In this document: piece after piece, positions 1 through 10,157 of the stretch
Layout: each line of letters starts with the position of its first letter
Numbering within the stretch: the stretch's first letter is position 1
From: an uncultured Cohaesibacter sp.
GTDB taxonomy: Bacteria; Pseudomonadota; Alphaproteobacteria; Rhizobiales; Cohaesibacteraceae
Assembly: GCA_963664735.1 (NCBI GenBank)
Contig: OY761553.1
Span: forward strand, 447,303 to 511,302
Reading direction: 5' to 3'
DNA: 64,000 nt
Notes under the pieces: generated by a model
The model's input: only the letters and a program-made list of their open reading frames with translations
Told to the model about the DNA's origin: nothing
The model's database searches: none
Position numbers and translations under genes: made by a program

Positions 1-679
1 CTGGAACGGCGGACAAGCTGTTATCAGCATGTTGGCTCTTCTGGTCATCACACCTGTCGTGGCTTTCTATTTGCTGCATGATTGGGATCGTATGGTGGAA
101 ACGATTGATCGTCTTTTGCCGCGGGATCATCGAGAAGTGATTCGTGAGCTTTTTGATCAGATTGATGAAAGCGTTTCCGGCTTTGTGCGTGGGCAAATAC
201 TTGTCGGGCTCATTCTCGGCACGTTTTATGCCATCGGGCTGTCTCTGGTCGGGCTCAATTTCGGTCTTCTGATTGGCTTGATCGCCGGTATCGTTAGCTT
301 TATCCCCTATGCTGGTGCGACGATCGGGCTTGTTCTTTCGGTTGGCGTCGCTGTCGTTCAGTTCTGGCCAAATCCCGTTCCTATCGGCTTCACCATTGCC
401 GTTTTTGCCATCGGGCAATTTCTTGAGGGCAACATCCTGCAGCCGCGCCTTGTCGGTGAACGGGTCGGCCTTCATCCTGTCTGGCTGATGTTTGCTCTTC
501 TTGCCTTTGGTTCGCTGTTCGGATTTGTAGGCATGTTGATTGCTGTTCCCTGTGCGGCTGCGGTTGGGGTTATCGTCCGTTATATTTTGGCGCAATATGT
601 TCATTCACCTCTTTACCGAGGGCAGGGAGGCTGTGAACCAGAGGTCAATGAAGATGATGCTCTTGTTGATCAAAAGTAG
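1..679 (+). CDS. AI-2E family transporter (PerM/YhhT-like permease), C-terminal part; the 5' end lies outside the window
   Basis: The reading frame is open from the window edge (frame of ORF 29..679). The product is a multi-pass hydrophobic protein with the ...GFVRGQILVGLILG... and ...FIPYAGATIG... segments typical of AI-2E/UPF0118 permeases. Confidence 0.75.
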   Translation, partial: WNGGQAVISMLALLVITPVVAFYLLHDWDRMVETIDRLLPRDHREVIRELFDQIDESVSGFVRGQILVGLILGTFYAIGLSLVGLNFGLLIGLIAGIVSFIPYAGATIGLVLSVGVAVVQFWPNPVPIGFTIAVFAIGQFLEGNILQPRLVGERVGLHPVWLMFALLAFGSLFGFVGMLIAVPCAAAVGVIVRYILAQYVHSPLYRGQGGCEPEVNEDDALVDQK

Positions 680-732
680 GTTCGGATCAGGGGCTGGTAT
701 TCTGGCGTGATGTGGGTTCATTAGGGAAGTCG

Positions 733-1434
733 ATGGGAACTTCAACATTTAACAATCAAATGCCGCTGCAGCTGCCCTATGAGGCAGCAATGGGACGGGA
801 AGATTTCTTGCGTGGCCCGTCCAACCAAGCGGCGCTGGACATGATTGACATGTGGCCAAACTGGCCGGCGAGCTGGCTTTTGCTTGCTGGCCCGGTGGGG
901 GCCGGGAAATCCCACCTTGCCAAAATCTGGCAAGAGCGCACCAATGCCCGTATCGTCGATGTTGGGGCTCTCCAGTGGTCAGATCCAACTGAACTGGTAA
1001 GCAACGGGGCTATTGTTGTTGAGGATGCCGATAGCGAGGCGCGGGACGACACGGCGATGTTTCATCTGCTCAATGCAGCCAGAGAGGCGCGGGCCTATGT
1101 GCTCATTACAGCGCGCAATTGGCCGGAGAGTTGGGGTGTTGCCTTGCCTGATCTCATGTCCCGCCTCAGGTTGACCACACCGGTCGAGATATTCGAACCT
1201 GACGACGAGCTGTTGCGCTCTCTGCTCGTCAAGCTCTTTGCCGACCGGCAACTTTCCCCTGATCCGAATGTGATTGAATATATTCTTCTGCGGATGGAAA
1301 GATCCATCGGAACGGCCCTTAAAGTCGTGGCTGCGATAGATCAGCAGGCGTTGGCGCAACACAGGACAATCACGCGGCCGTTTGTGGCTTCGATCATGAA
1401 GCAACTGGACGATGAAGCCGATCTGGCAGTCTGA
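733..1434 (+). CDS. hdaA: DnaA-related regulatory protein (Hda/HdaA family)
   Basis: QLPL..REDFL..SN..A N-terminal pattern and a Walker A-like GPVGAGKSHL, with a size of about 230 aa. It sits directly upstream of ppk, as in many alphaproteobacteria. I chose the ATG at 733 (GGGAAG SD-like 4-5 nt upstream) over the GTG at 712. Confidence 0.7.
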   Translation: MGTSTFNNQMPLQLPYEAAMGREDFLRGPSNQAALDMIDMWPNWPASWLLLAGPVGAGKSHLAKIWQERTNARIVDVGALQWSDPTELVSNGAIVVEDADSEARDDTAMFHLLNAAREARAYVLITARNWPESWGVALPDLMSRLRLTTPVEIFEPDDELLRSLLVKLFADRQLSPDPNVIEYILLRMERSIGTALKVVAAIDQQALAQHRTITRPFVASIMKQLDDEADLAV

Positions 1435-1852
1435 TTGGTATCGTGTGTTGTTTCTAGATCCGGTTGCTGCTGCGCTCTCTTTTCAGCTCCTGCATGTTGA
1501 TATCTTTGTCGTCATAATATCTGCATTGTTACGTCCGTCACATAACTGCTAAGGTATTTGTATATTCGCTGGTTCTGTGTGCCCGGTTGCTTCCAAACGG
1601 CCTTCGGAGACGGTGTGGAGCTGGAATGTATTGTGCATCTTTTGCCGCGACATTCATGCAGGGAAATTCCTGAAAGCTCTTCTGGATTGTTTTGGAAGCG
1701 CCGCTGTGTGGCACGACGTTTTTTCGTTTCTATTGAGCACCGATGGCAAGCCCATCAATTCAATGTGGAACGGTAGTGTTAAAACAGAAATGGTTCCGAT
1801 CGCGAGAGCAATGGGCGCCATTTCCTCATTTGAGAGTGACGGGCTGACCTCG

Positions 1853-4111
1853 ATGTCTGATATCAATGATACTCATCCATATTCCCCATCCCATTCTGAA
1901 AATGCTTCTGAGGGGGGCGTTGTTGCAAGGGGTGACTTGCAAGAAAGCGAATTGCTGTCCAGTCAGGAAGAAATCGAAGCATTGATGACAAGCCCGGGGC
2001 GCTTTGTGAACCGGGAACTCTCGTGGCTTGGTTTTAACAGCCGTGTTTTGGAAGAAACTGAGAATGCGAATCATCCGCTTTTGGAGCGATTGCGTTTTCT
2101 TTCCATTTCAGCGAGCAACCTGGATGAGTTTTTCATGGTTCGTGTTGCTGGCCTCAAGGGGCAACAACGAGCCGGGGTCACCTCTATCAGCGCGGACGGA
2201 TTGGACGCAGGCCAGCAACTGGTCAAGATCAATGCGGCGGTTCATGATTTGGTCGAGCGGCAACAGGCGAGCTTTCGCGATTTGCGCGTGCTTCTTGAAG
2301 GGGAACAGATCTTTCTCATTGAGCCAGACCAGTTGACCGAGCAGGATATGCAGATTCTGGAAAAGACCTTCCTTGAAGATATTTTCCCGGTTCTGACGCC
2401 GTTGGCTGTCGATCCTGCTCATCCATTCCCGTTCATTCCCAATCTGGGTTTCTCCTTGGCACTCAATCTCAAAGGCAAGCATGGGCATACTGACCTTACG
2501 GCCATCGTGCGTATGCCTAATGCTCTGAAGCGTTTTGTGTCTCTGCCGGGGGTTCCCGAGATTGAATTTAGCCACCGCTGCATTTTGCTCGAGCAGGTTG
2601 TGGCGCTCTTCATCGACCGGATTTTCCCGGGTTACGAAGTCATCAATATCGGTTCCTTCAGGGTCATTCGCGATTCAGATCTTGAGATTGAAGAAGAGGC
2701 GGAAGACCTCGTGCGGCACTTTGAAACGGCTCTCAAGCGTCGACGTCGCGGATCCATTATTCGCTTGGAGATGGCCTCTTCGACCGAGCCAGATCTGCGC
2801 AACTTCGTAGCGCATGCGGTTGCCGTTGATGATGACGAAGTTGTCGATATCGATGGACCGCTTGGGTTGAGTGATCTTTCAGAACTCGTTGGTCTGGATC
2901 GCACTGAGCTTAAGTTCAAGCCTTATAATGCGCGTTTCCCGGAACGCATTCGCGAGCATAATGGCGACTGTTTCGCTGCCATTCGCGAAAAGGATATCGT
3001 CGTCCATCATCCATATGAGAGCTTTGATGTCGTTGCTCAATATCTGTTGCAGGCGGCTCTTGATCCGAAGGTGGTTGCCATCAAGCAAACGCTTTATCGC
3101 ACGTCCAAGAATTCGCCCATTATCAGGGCGCTCATTGAAGCGGCTGAAGCTGGCAAATCCGTTACAGCATTGATCGAGTTGAAAGCGCGCTTTGATGAGG
3201 AAGCCAATATCGGCTGGGCTCGCGATCTGGAACGGGCCGGTGTTCAGGTGGTCTTTGGCTTTATCGAGCTCAAGACCCATGCAAAACTTTCGATGGTGGT
3301 GCGCCGCGAGGAAGGCAAGCTGGTTACCTACTGCCATATCGGTACGGGCAACTACCATCCGATTACGGCCAAGATTTATACCGATCTGAGCTTCTTTACC
3401 GCAGATGAAGAAATCGCTATGGATGTGGCTCGCGTCTTCAACTTCATCACCGGCTATGCTGAGCCTGATCATCTCAGAAAGTTGCTTGTCTCTCCATATA
3501 CGATGCGCAAGACATTGCTTGAATATGTGGAGAAGGAAATCGAGCACGCGAAGGCTGGGCGTCCGGGCCGGATTTGGGCCAAGGCCAACTCATTGGTCGA
3601 TCCCTTGCTCATTGACTCTTTGTATAGAGCCAGTCAGGCTGGGGTGCAGATCGACTTGATCATCCGCGGTATTTGCTGCCTCCGGCCTCAGTTCCCCGGT
3701 TTGTCCGATAATATCCGTGTTAAATCGATCGTGGGACGGTTCCTTGAACATTCCCGCATCATTTGCTTTGGTAACGGCAAAGAACTGCCAAGCGAAGATG
3801 CAATCATCTATATCGGGTCTGCCGATTTGATGCCGCGTAATCTGGATCGGCGCTGCGAAATTTATGTGCCGGTTACCAATCCGACGATCCATGCTCAGGT
3901 TCTTGAACAGATCATGGTCGCCAATATCATGGATAATCAGCAAAGCTGGGAAATCCTTCCTGATGGTTCGTCTCGGCGGATTCAGGTTGCCGAAGGGGAA
4001 GAACCCTTCAATGCCCATAGCTTTTTCATGACAAATCCAAGTCTTTCAGGTCGAGGTGACTCACTAGAAAATGACTCCCCAAGAGCATTCACAGATCGAA
4101 TCCAGCGATAA
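1853..4111 (+). CDS. ppk: polyphosphate kinase 1
   Basis: [20 protein letters not shown]-terminus and two PLD-like HKD regions ([21 protein letters not shown]). The start is uncertain: the ORF is open from 1577, and ATG 1853 gives a family-typical leader of about 50 aa before the RFxNRE motif. Confidence 0.88.
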   Translation: MSDINDTHPYSPSHSENASEGGVVARGDLQESELLSSQEEIEALMTSPGRFVNRELSWLGFNSRVLEETENANHPLLERLRFLSISASNLDEFFMVRVAGLKGQQRAGVTSISADGLDAGQQLVKINAAVHDLVERQQASFRDLRVLLEGEQIFLIEPDQLTEQDMQILEKTFLEDIFPVLTPLAVDPAHPFPFIPNLGFSLALNLKGKHGHTDLTAIVRMPNALKRFVSLPGVPEIEFSHRCILLEQVVALFIDRIFPGYEVINIGSFRVIRDSDLEIEEEAEDLVRHFETALKRRRRGSIIRLEMASSTEPDLRNFVAHAVAVDDDEVVDIDGPLGLSDLSELVGLDRTELKFKPYNARFPERIREHNGDCFAAIREKDIVVHHPYESFDVVAQYLLQAALDPKVVAIKQTLYRTSKNSPIIRALIEAAEAGKSVTALIELKARFDEEANIGWARDLERAGVQVVFGFIELKTHAKLSMVVRREEGKLVTYCHIGTGNYHPITAKIYTDLSFFTADEEIAMDVARVFNFITGYAEPDHLRKLLVSPYTMRKTLLEYVEKEIEHAKAGRPGRIWAKANSLVDPLLIDSLYRASQAGVQIDLIIRGICCLRPQFPGLSDNIRVKSIVGRFLEHSRIICFGNGKELPSEDAIIYIGSADLMPRNLDRRCEIYVPVTNPTIHAQVLEQIMVANIMDNQQSWEILPDGSSRRIQVAEGEEPFNAHSFFMTNPSLSGRGDSLENDSPRAFTDRIQR

Positions 4112-5624
4112 TAGCAAACTGGATAATCTCACCATGCAGGGACGGATCTGCGGATCTGTTCCTGTTGCGGTCGTTGATATCGGCTCAAACTCGGTTCGTC
4201 TCGTCATGTACGAGCGAGAATCCCGCTCGCCGGTGCCGATGTATAACGAAAAACATCTCTGCGGATTGGGGCGTGGTGTTGGCGTTACCGGGCAGCTTGA
4301 ACAAAAGGCCGTCGATGCGGCTCTTGCTGCCTTGCGCCGGTTCCGCTTTCTCATGGACCACGCGGGGGTGGAGAAAAAGCATATTCTGGCAACAGCTGCC
4401 GCGCGCGATGCGAGCAATGGGCCGGATTTCTTGGCGCAAGTGGAAGAAATCTGTGGTGTACAGGTTCTGGTCCTGTCAGGCGAAGATGAAGCTCGCAAGT
4501 CTGCGCTCGGGGTCGTCTCGGCGATGCTTGATCCCGTTGGTGTTGTTGGCGATCTGGGCGGCGGAAGTCTGGAGTTGATCTCCATTGATGGCAAAGAGCT
4601 GGGGACGGGAGCGACCCATCCGCTTGGTGGTTTGCGTTTGGTGGACATGTCTGAAGGTTCGGTCAAACAGGCCCAAAAGCTTGCCAAAAGCGAGTTGGAG
4701 ACATCTGAGCAGCTTGAGGCTTTGGAAGGCAAGACCTTCTATGCCATCGGAGGTACATGGCGTGCTTTTGGCAAGCTGCATATGTCCTCAGTCGGTTATC
4801 CTCTCAATGTGATGCACCATTATGAAATTGCTGCTGACGAGGCTCTCGAGTTTTGTCGTCAATGCATGCGGGACGATATCGAGGATTTCTCCGGCATCGG
4901 GGCTGTTTCAAAGTCGCGCAGAAGCCTGCTTCCATTTGGTGCGGCGGTGCTGCATGAGGTGATCAAGAAAGGCAAGCCTAGGCGGATTGTCTTTTCATCC
5001 ATTGGCGTTCGCGAGGGGCATTTGTTCGAGCTGCTGCCAAAAGAAGTGCAAGATGAAGACCCGTTGCTTTCGGCCTGCGAGGATCTGTGCACTTTGCGAT
5101 CACGGTCTCCCCAATATGCCCATGAGTTGGCAAGCTGGATGGATCGGGTCTATGAAGCTCTTGAAGTTGAAGAAACAGCTTATGAAAAGCGTCTTCGACG
5201 CGCAGCATGTCTACTTACCGATATGGGCTGGCGGGCGCATCCTGACTATCGAGGCACGCAAAGCCTTAATGTCATTGCGCACAGCACCTTTATTGGTATC
5301 GACCATCCGGGACGCGCATTTTTGGCAATGTCGAACTATTTCCGCCATGAGGGACTGTCCGGCTCCAATCTCAGTGTTCGAATGAGCGACATGAGCAATT
5401 TGCATTTGCGGAGCATGGCGCGTTTGACCGGGGCAGCACAAAGGCTCGCCCATGCTGCTGTCGGGGATTTGCCGGGCGTGTTGGACCGCATTGATCTTCG
5501 CCTTGTCGACGATACGGTCGTGATGACAATTCCCGATGATTTGCAGAATCTCAAGCACAGCAAATTGGAGCGACGATTCTCCAGTTTTGTCAGGCTGCTT
5601 GGGTATAGTGCAGAAATCAACTAA
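4071..5624 (+). CDS. ppx: exopolyphosphatase (Ppx/GppA family)
   Basis: [17 protein letters not shown] actin-like ATPase N-terminus, and the gene lies directly downstream of ppk. The alternative start ATG 4134 would remove the 41-nt overlap with ppk. Confidence 0.85.
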   Translation: MTPQEHSQIESSDNSKLDNLTMQGRICGSVPVAVVDIGSNSVRLVMYERESRSPVPMYNEKHLCGLGRGVGVTGQLEQKAVDAALAALRRFRFLMDHAGVEKKHILATAAARDASNGPDFLAQVEEICGVQVLVLSGEDEARKSALGVVSAMLDPVGVVGDLGGGSLELISIDGKELGTGATHPLGGLRLVDMSEGSVKQAQKLAKSELETSEQLEALEGKTFYAIGGTWRAFGKLHMSSVGYPLNVMHHYEIAADEALEFCRQCMRDDIEDFSGIGAVSKSRRSLLPFGAAVLHEVIKKGKPRRIVFSSIGVREGHLFELLPKEVQDEDPLLSACEDLCTLRSRSPQYAHELASWMDRVYEALEVEETAYEKRLRRAACLLTDMGWRAHPDYRGTQSLNVIAHSTFIGIDHPGRAFLAMSNYFRHEGLSGSNLSVRMSDMSNLHLRSMARLTGAAQRLAHAAVGDLPGVLDRIDLRLVDDTVVMTIPDDLQNLKHSKLERRFSSFVRLLGYSAEIN

Positions 5625-5659
5625 GCAGAGTGTTGTTATGATACGGAGCGGGCTTCCGA

Positions 5660-6352
5660 ATGAAGAGTGAAATTGAAAGCCATGGATCTTGGGTGATCGT
5701 ACACGGCTCTCTTGAGGAGGGAGCTGGCATCCGTCCTGTTTCTGTTGAAACCTGTTATCGGGATCGAGACCCCTATGGCGAATATGTCTTCTTCGCAGCC
5801 AGTGATCCGGAGGCGATTGAAGACGAAAAGATCTCTATCGTCGATTATGCCTATCTGGCTGAGGTGCGGGTGACCTTTGAGGATGATCTGGTCGAAGAAG
5901 GGGCTGGCAATATCGCTTGGTGTGTCGATGACTTCGCCGAACAGGGAAACCGGTTCGCCAGCGAAGTATGGCCCAGTTGGCAAGAGGCATCGCTTGCGGA
6001 TGTAGCGGAGAGCATCTTTCCTCCCGAGGCTGATTTCGTTATGGCCAAGAGCGTGTTGTCCGTTGATGACGGGTATGCGACCTGGGTTGAAATCACTCGT
6101 ATTGAAGCGGATCTTCCTGCGGAACTGGCCTTGACCTTTTCAAAAGTCGAGAAGGACCGTTTGCTAGAAATAAAAGCCGTGTTGAAGGACGATCAGGTGC
6201 CGATTTCCGTTGTTGCGGAGCTCTGGAGAATGCTTTTGGAGCGTTTCCATGGGCTGCCATATTCATTCTTGGAAGGTGCCATGCGGGTCGAACCAGAAGC
6301 TTATGACGACGACCTGATTGATCCCATCGGAGAGGTTGCCGGAGAAGCGTAA
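5660..6352 (+). CDS. hypothetical acidic cytoplasmic protein (no family recognised)
   Basis: 230-codon ORF with no competing ORF of similar length. It is strongly D/E-rich and has no signal peptide or transmembrane segment. Confidence 0.5.
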   Translation: MKSEIESHGSWVIVHGSLEEGAGIRPVSVETCYRDRDPYGEYVFFAASDPEAIEDEKISIVDYAYLAEVRVTFEDDLVEEGAGNIAWCVDDFAEQGNRFASEVWPSWQEASLADVAESIFPPEADFVMAKSVLSVDDGYATWVEITRIEADLPAELALTFSKVEKDRLLEIKAVLKDDQVPISVVAELWRMLLERFHGLPYSFLEGAMRVEPEAYDDDLIDPIGEVAGEA

Positions 6353-6356
6353 GCTA

Positions 6357-7610
6357 TCAGTCTTTCTCCTCCGGCGAGAGCAAAACCGGTTCATTGAGCG
6401 CCTTACAGCGAGAAAAGTGATAAAGCGCGACGAGCGCTGCGGCTATGCCTGCGGAGGCTCCAACCCCAAGGGCCCATCGGGGGCCGAGATTATCCGCAAC
6501 CCAGCCCACGATCGGAGCCCCGATTGGGGTGCCACCCATGGTGATGGCAAAGCGCAGGGCCATAACCCGGCCTCGCATTTCCGGATCGGTAGAAAGCAAC
6601 ATCAGTGCATTGGACGTGTTTAGGAACGTCATGGCGGAAAAGCCGACAAGAATCAGCGTAATTGCAAACCACCAGTAGCTCGGGGTGAGGGATGCGGCGG
6701 AGCAACCGATACCAAACAGGGCTGCGCCAATGAGCAAGGTCTTGAAACTTGGAAGTTCTCGTCCGGCTGCCATGAGCGCGCCGATGAGCGTGCCTATGGC
6801 TGAAAAGGTGGTGAGCAGACCATAGCCTTGTGCATCTGCATGGAAGAGTTTGACGCCCATTGTTGAAATGTAGATCGGGAAGTTCATGCCGAATGTTCCT
6901 ATGAGGAACAGCATGATCAACATGATGCGCAAGTCCCTGCGCCCGAAGGCATAGCTGAATCCATCCATGATACCGGATACGGACTTGCGCGCATGAACGC
7001 TGGGCTCTAACTCGGATTGCCGGATCATCAGGAGCGACACAAGCACCGCGCCAAAGGACAATCCGTTGATGACAAAAGCAGGGCCGGTATCAAACGCTGC
7101 AATGAGCAAACCTGCAACGGCCGGGCCGATCATGCGCGCACCGTTAAAGGATGTCGAATTGAGAGCTACAGCGTTGGATATGTCTTTCTTTTTGACAAGT
7201 TCGCTGACAAAGATCTGTCGCGTCGGGGCGTCGAAAGCGGCGGCGCAGCCAAACAGGAATGCCAGCAGATAAACATGCCAAAGTTCGACGAGTTTGGTGA
7301 CCACCAGAAAGCCCAGAAGCAGGGAAATGAGCCCCATGATGGTTTGCGTCAAAATCAACAGTTTGCGCCGATCAACCATGTCTGCGACCAGTCCTGTGAC
7401 CGGAAACAGGAGAAGCTGGGGGGCAAACTGGAAGGCCATTGTCATGCCCACCGCAGAAGCACTGTGATCGGTCAACTCGGTCAAGACCAGCCAGTCTTGA
7501 GCGGTTCGCTGCATCCAGGTACCAATGTTTGATGTGAAGGCTCCGGCGAACCAAAGGCGGTAGTTATAAGTGCTGAAAGAGCGAAAAACTTTTGGCGAGT
7601 TCAGTTTCAT
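6357..7610 (-). CDS. MFS transporter (EntS/DUF894-like subfamily)
   Basis: About 12 hydrophobic helices. The N-terminus ...YRLWFAGAFTSNIGTWMQRTAQDWLVL... and the DRRKLL motif after TM2 are typical of this MFS subfamily. Confidence 0.8.
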   Translation of the reverse strand: MKLNSPKVFRSFSTYNYRLWFAGAFTSNIGTWMQRTAQDWLVLTELTDHSASAVGMTMAFQFAPQLLLFPVTGLVADMVDRRKLLILTQTIMGLISLLLGFLVVTKLVELWHVYLLAFLFGCAAAFDAPTRQIFVSELVKKKDISNAVALNSTSFNGARMIGPAVAGLLIAAFDTGPAFVINGLSFGAVLVSLLMIRQSELEPSVHARKSVSGIMDGFSYAFGRRDLRIMLIMLFLIGTFGMNFPIYISTMGVKLFHADAQGYGLLTTFSAIGTLIGALMAAGRELPSFKTLLIGAALFGIGCSAASLTPSYWWFAITLILVGFSAMTFLNTSNALMLLSTDPEMRGRVMALRFAITMGGTPIGAPIVGWVADNLGPRWALGVGASAGIAAALVALYHFSRCKALNEPVLLSPEEKD

Positions 7611-7908
7611 GCCAATGACCCGGAATTTCTGAGACGACGAACGTTAGCCTGTCAACGCGGGCGGGCCTGAAGGTGGTTTGGTTTCAGGAAAATGGCTGCA
7701 AGGCTGATTGGTTTTGCGGGATAGTCAAATTAATCGAGTTGAATGAGCGGGCCAGGCGACGGATCGTTCCATTTCGGAAGGCCATCACGTTTGCACGCTT
7801 CATTCAAATCTATTTATGCCGGGCGTCCTCTTTTGTCCAGACCGTGCAGGTTGCCAATCTCCTGTCTATCAATTAGCGGAAGGATTGACTTCCATCTGCT
7901 TGGCCTTT

Positions 7909-9111
7909 TTACGGCTTGTTCGAGCGCTTTTTACCCCTTGTTGGCTGTGTCGGTGCTGGCGGTTCGCATTCAATTGTACTGACATGTTTGCCTTCCAGAC
8001 GAAGTGCCATTTCACCGCGCTTGATCTTCAGTGCATATTGTCCAAACAACTCCTTGCGCCATCCCTTGAGCGCGGCAACATCGGCGTCGTCGTCACAGGC
8101 GATCTTTTCCAGATCATCGACTGTTGCAATGACCTTGGCTGCAACGCCATGACGTTCGGATATCAGCTTGAGCAGCACTTTCATGAGATCGACAGCAGCT
8201 CCAGATCCTTCAGGCTGGTTTTTGCCTTTGGGCACGTCTGGCAAGTCTGTTGCGGGAATGTCCGCCACTTCTTGCATAAGCTGAAGCAAGTCTTGTCCGG
8301 CTTTGGAGCGTTCGTATCCTTTGGAGATGGAGCGCAATGCCGTCAGGGCTTCTGCTGTTTTAGGCTGATGAACGGCCAGTTCGAAAATGGCTTCATCCTT
8401 GAGAATGCGATTGCGGGGTACGTTGCGTGTTTGCGCCTCGGATTCTCGCCATGCCGCAAGCATTTTCAGGGCAGCAAATTCCCGTGGTTTGCGTATGCGC
8501 AGCTTCATGCGTTTCCAGGCGTCAACCGGGGCCGTGTAATAGGTGTCAGGAGAGGTCAGAATCTTCATCTCCTCCTGTACCCATTCATTACGATTTTGTT
8601 CTTCCAGATTGGCGCGGAGGGCATGATAGACATCACGAAGATGGGTCACATCTGCAAGCGCATAGGTTAGCTGCTTTTCGGTCAGCGGTCGGCGGGACCA
8701 ATCCGTATATCGATGAGATTTGTCGAGGCGCGTGCCTGTCAATCTCTGAACAAGTTGGTCGTAAGAAATGGAGTCGCCAAAACCACAAACCATCGCCGCG
8801 ACCTGACTGTCGAACATCGGCGAGGGGATCAGATTGCCCTGATGATAGATGATCTCTATGTCCTGCCGCCCAGCGTGGAATACCTTGGTCACGGATTCGT
8901 TGGCCATCAACTCAAAGAAGGGCGCAAGATCCAGTCCATCAGCCAGTGGGTCAATGAGAAAGGCATCTTCAGGCGATGCAATCTGGATAAGACACAGTTT
9001 GGGCCAATAGGTCGTTTCACGCAGAAATTCCGTGTCTACAGTGACATAGGGATGAACTGCACATTTTTTGCAAGCGTCTGCCAGTTCGGCAGTAGTCGTA
9101 ATTGTCTTCAT
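7909..9111 (-). CDS. rnd: ribonuclease D
   Basis: DEDD 3'-5' exonuclease motifs (VTVDTEF, HAGRQD, YALADV) followed by HRDC-like C-terminal segments; 400 aa. Confidence 0.85.
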   Translation of the reverse strand: MKTITTTAELADACKKCAVHPYVTVDTEFLRETTYWPKLCLIQIASPEDAFLIDPLADGLDLAPFFELMANESVTKVFHAGRQDIEIIYHQGNLIPSPMFDSQVAAMVCGFGDSISYDQLVQRLTGTRLDKSHRYTDWSRRPLTEKQLTYALADVTHLRDVYHALRANLEEQNRNEWVQEEMKILTSPDTYYTAPVDAWKRMKLRIRKPREFAALKMLAAWRESEAQTRNVPRNRILKDEAIFELAVHQPKTAEALTALRSISKGYERSKAGQDLLQLMQEVADIPATDLPDVPKGKNQPEGSGAAVDLMKVLLKLISERHGVAAKVIATVDDLEKIACDDDADVAALKGWRKELFGQYALKIKRGEMALRLEGKHVSTIECEPPAPTQPTRGKKRSNKP

Positions 9112-9385
9112 TGGGTTCGCTTATATCGAACATTTCTGTTTTTGTCGCCATATCTTTACAACAACAGAGCTATAAAAGGCGAATTTTTAAACTCAATTCG
9201 TAAGAAGTAACATGCCATGAATAGCTTTTGTCAATTTTCTTAATATGCTCACTGTGTCAATCTTTTGTTTCATAGCTATTTGGAGAACTTTTGTTTGGAA
9301 TTCTTCCGTGATTTAGTTCTTCTGATGGGGTGATGTCTCCTGGCTTCCCTGCTATCCTTCTTCTCTGTTCTCTTCGGATTGCATC

Positions 9386-9883
9386 ATGGAAATTAGAAAA
9401 GAAACCGCGGCCGATTTCGACGCGATAATGAATGTAACTTTGGCCTCGGCAAAGCAACCGCAAGTCGGACGGCAAAATGGATATTTCACGCTCAATGCCT
9501 TGCGCAGGTCTGGTTCGATAACCTTGTCGCTGGTGGCCGAAATTGATGGCACCGTGGTTGGGCACGTCGCCTTTTGTCCTGTGCATGTGTCGGGCGGAGA
9601 AAAGGGCTGGTATGCTCTGGGGCCGATTTCCGTTTTGCCGGAGTGCATCAGTCAGGGCATCCGCAAGGCGCTCATTGCTGAAGGTATCGAGATATTGCGA
9701 TCTATGCATGGCAAGGGCGTGGCCATCGTTGGAGATCGGGATTATTTCATGCCGCTTGGTTTTATGGATGCGCCAGTGACGGCAAGCCGTCAGCAACATA
9801 TCACCGACTTCATGGTGATGCCGTTTGAGGACAGAATGCCCTATGGACGGTTTGAATTTCCCGAAGGGTTTCTCGCGGCCTGA
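9386..9883 (+). CDS. GNAT family N-acetyltransferase
   Basis: 165 aa, with the acetyl-CoA binding-type motif Q.GI.KALI and the overall GNAT layout. Confidence 0.7.
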   Translation: MEIRKETAADFDAIMNVTLASAKQPQVGRQNGYFTLNALRRSGSITLSLVAEIDGTVVGHVAFCPVHVSGGEKGWYALGPISVLPECISQGIRKALIAEGIEILRSMHGKGVAIVGDRDYFMPLGFMDAPVTASRQQHITDFMVMPFEDRMPYGRFEFPEGFLAA

Positions 9884-10004
9884 TCGGCGTTTTACTTGAA
9901 ATCGGCGCAAAACCCCAAGTTTTTTAGGAAAATTAAGAGATTTGGTTTGTTTGGCTTGACACCTTGCATGTGGAGATGCAGGGTCCGGCCAGATTTTTAA
10001 CATA

Positions 10005-10029
10005 GGGCGTAGGGTCTACGCCCTTTTTG
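10005..10029 (+). terminator. rho-independent terminator
   Basis: GGGCGTAG-GGT-CTACGCCC stem followed by TTTTT. Confidence 0.6.
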
Positions 10030-10157
10030 CGTTGAAACCGAGATGATTGCGCTTTAAGAAGAGCGGGTCGATTTATCGGTGGAAATTTCAATTCGAGGAA
10101 TGAGCCTTGTCGTTTGATGCAAACTGCAGGGATCTTCTCAAGCATCAGGGTATATTC

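Noticed and set aside
1500-1545. Pho-box-like direct repeats (TCGTCAT-AATA-TCTGCAT, 11-nt period) upstream of ppk.
   Set aside because: Only one half-site approaches the CTGTCAT consensus and the second is about 3 of 7. That is too degenerate to call without a genome-wide PhoB motif model.
9950-10030. A possible small RNA between the GNAT gene and aspS, suggested by a TTGACA hexamer at 9956 and a terminator at 10005-10029.
   Set aside because: No acceptable -10 element lies at the right spacing from TTGACA. The terminator is adequately explained as the GNAT gene's own terminator with a 3' UTR of about 120 nt.
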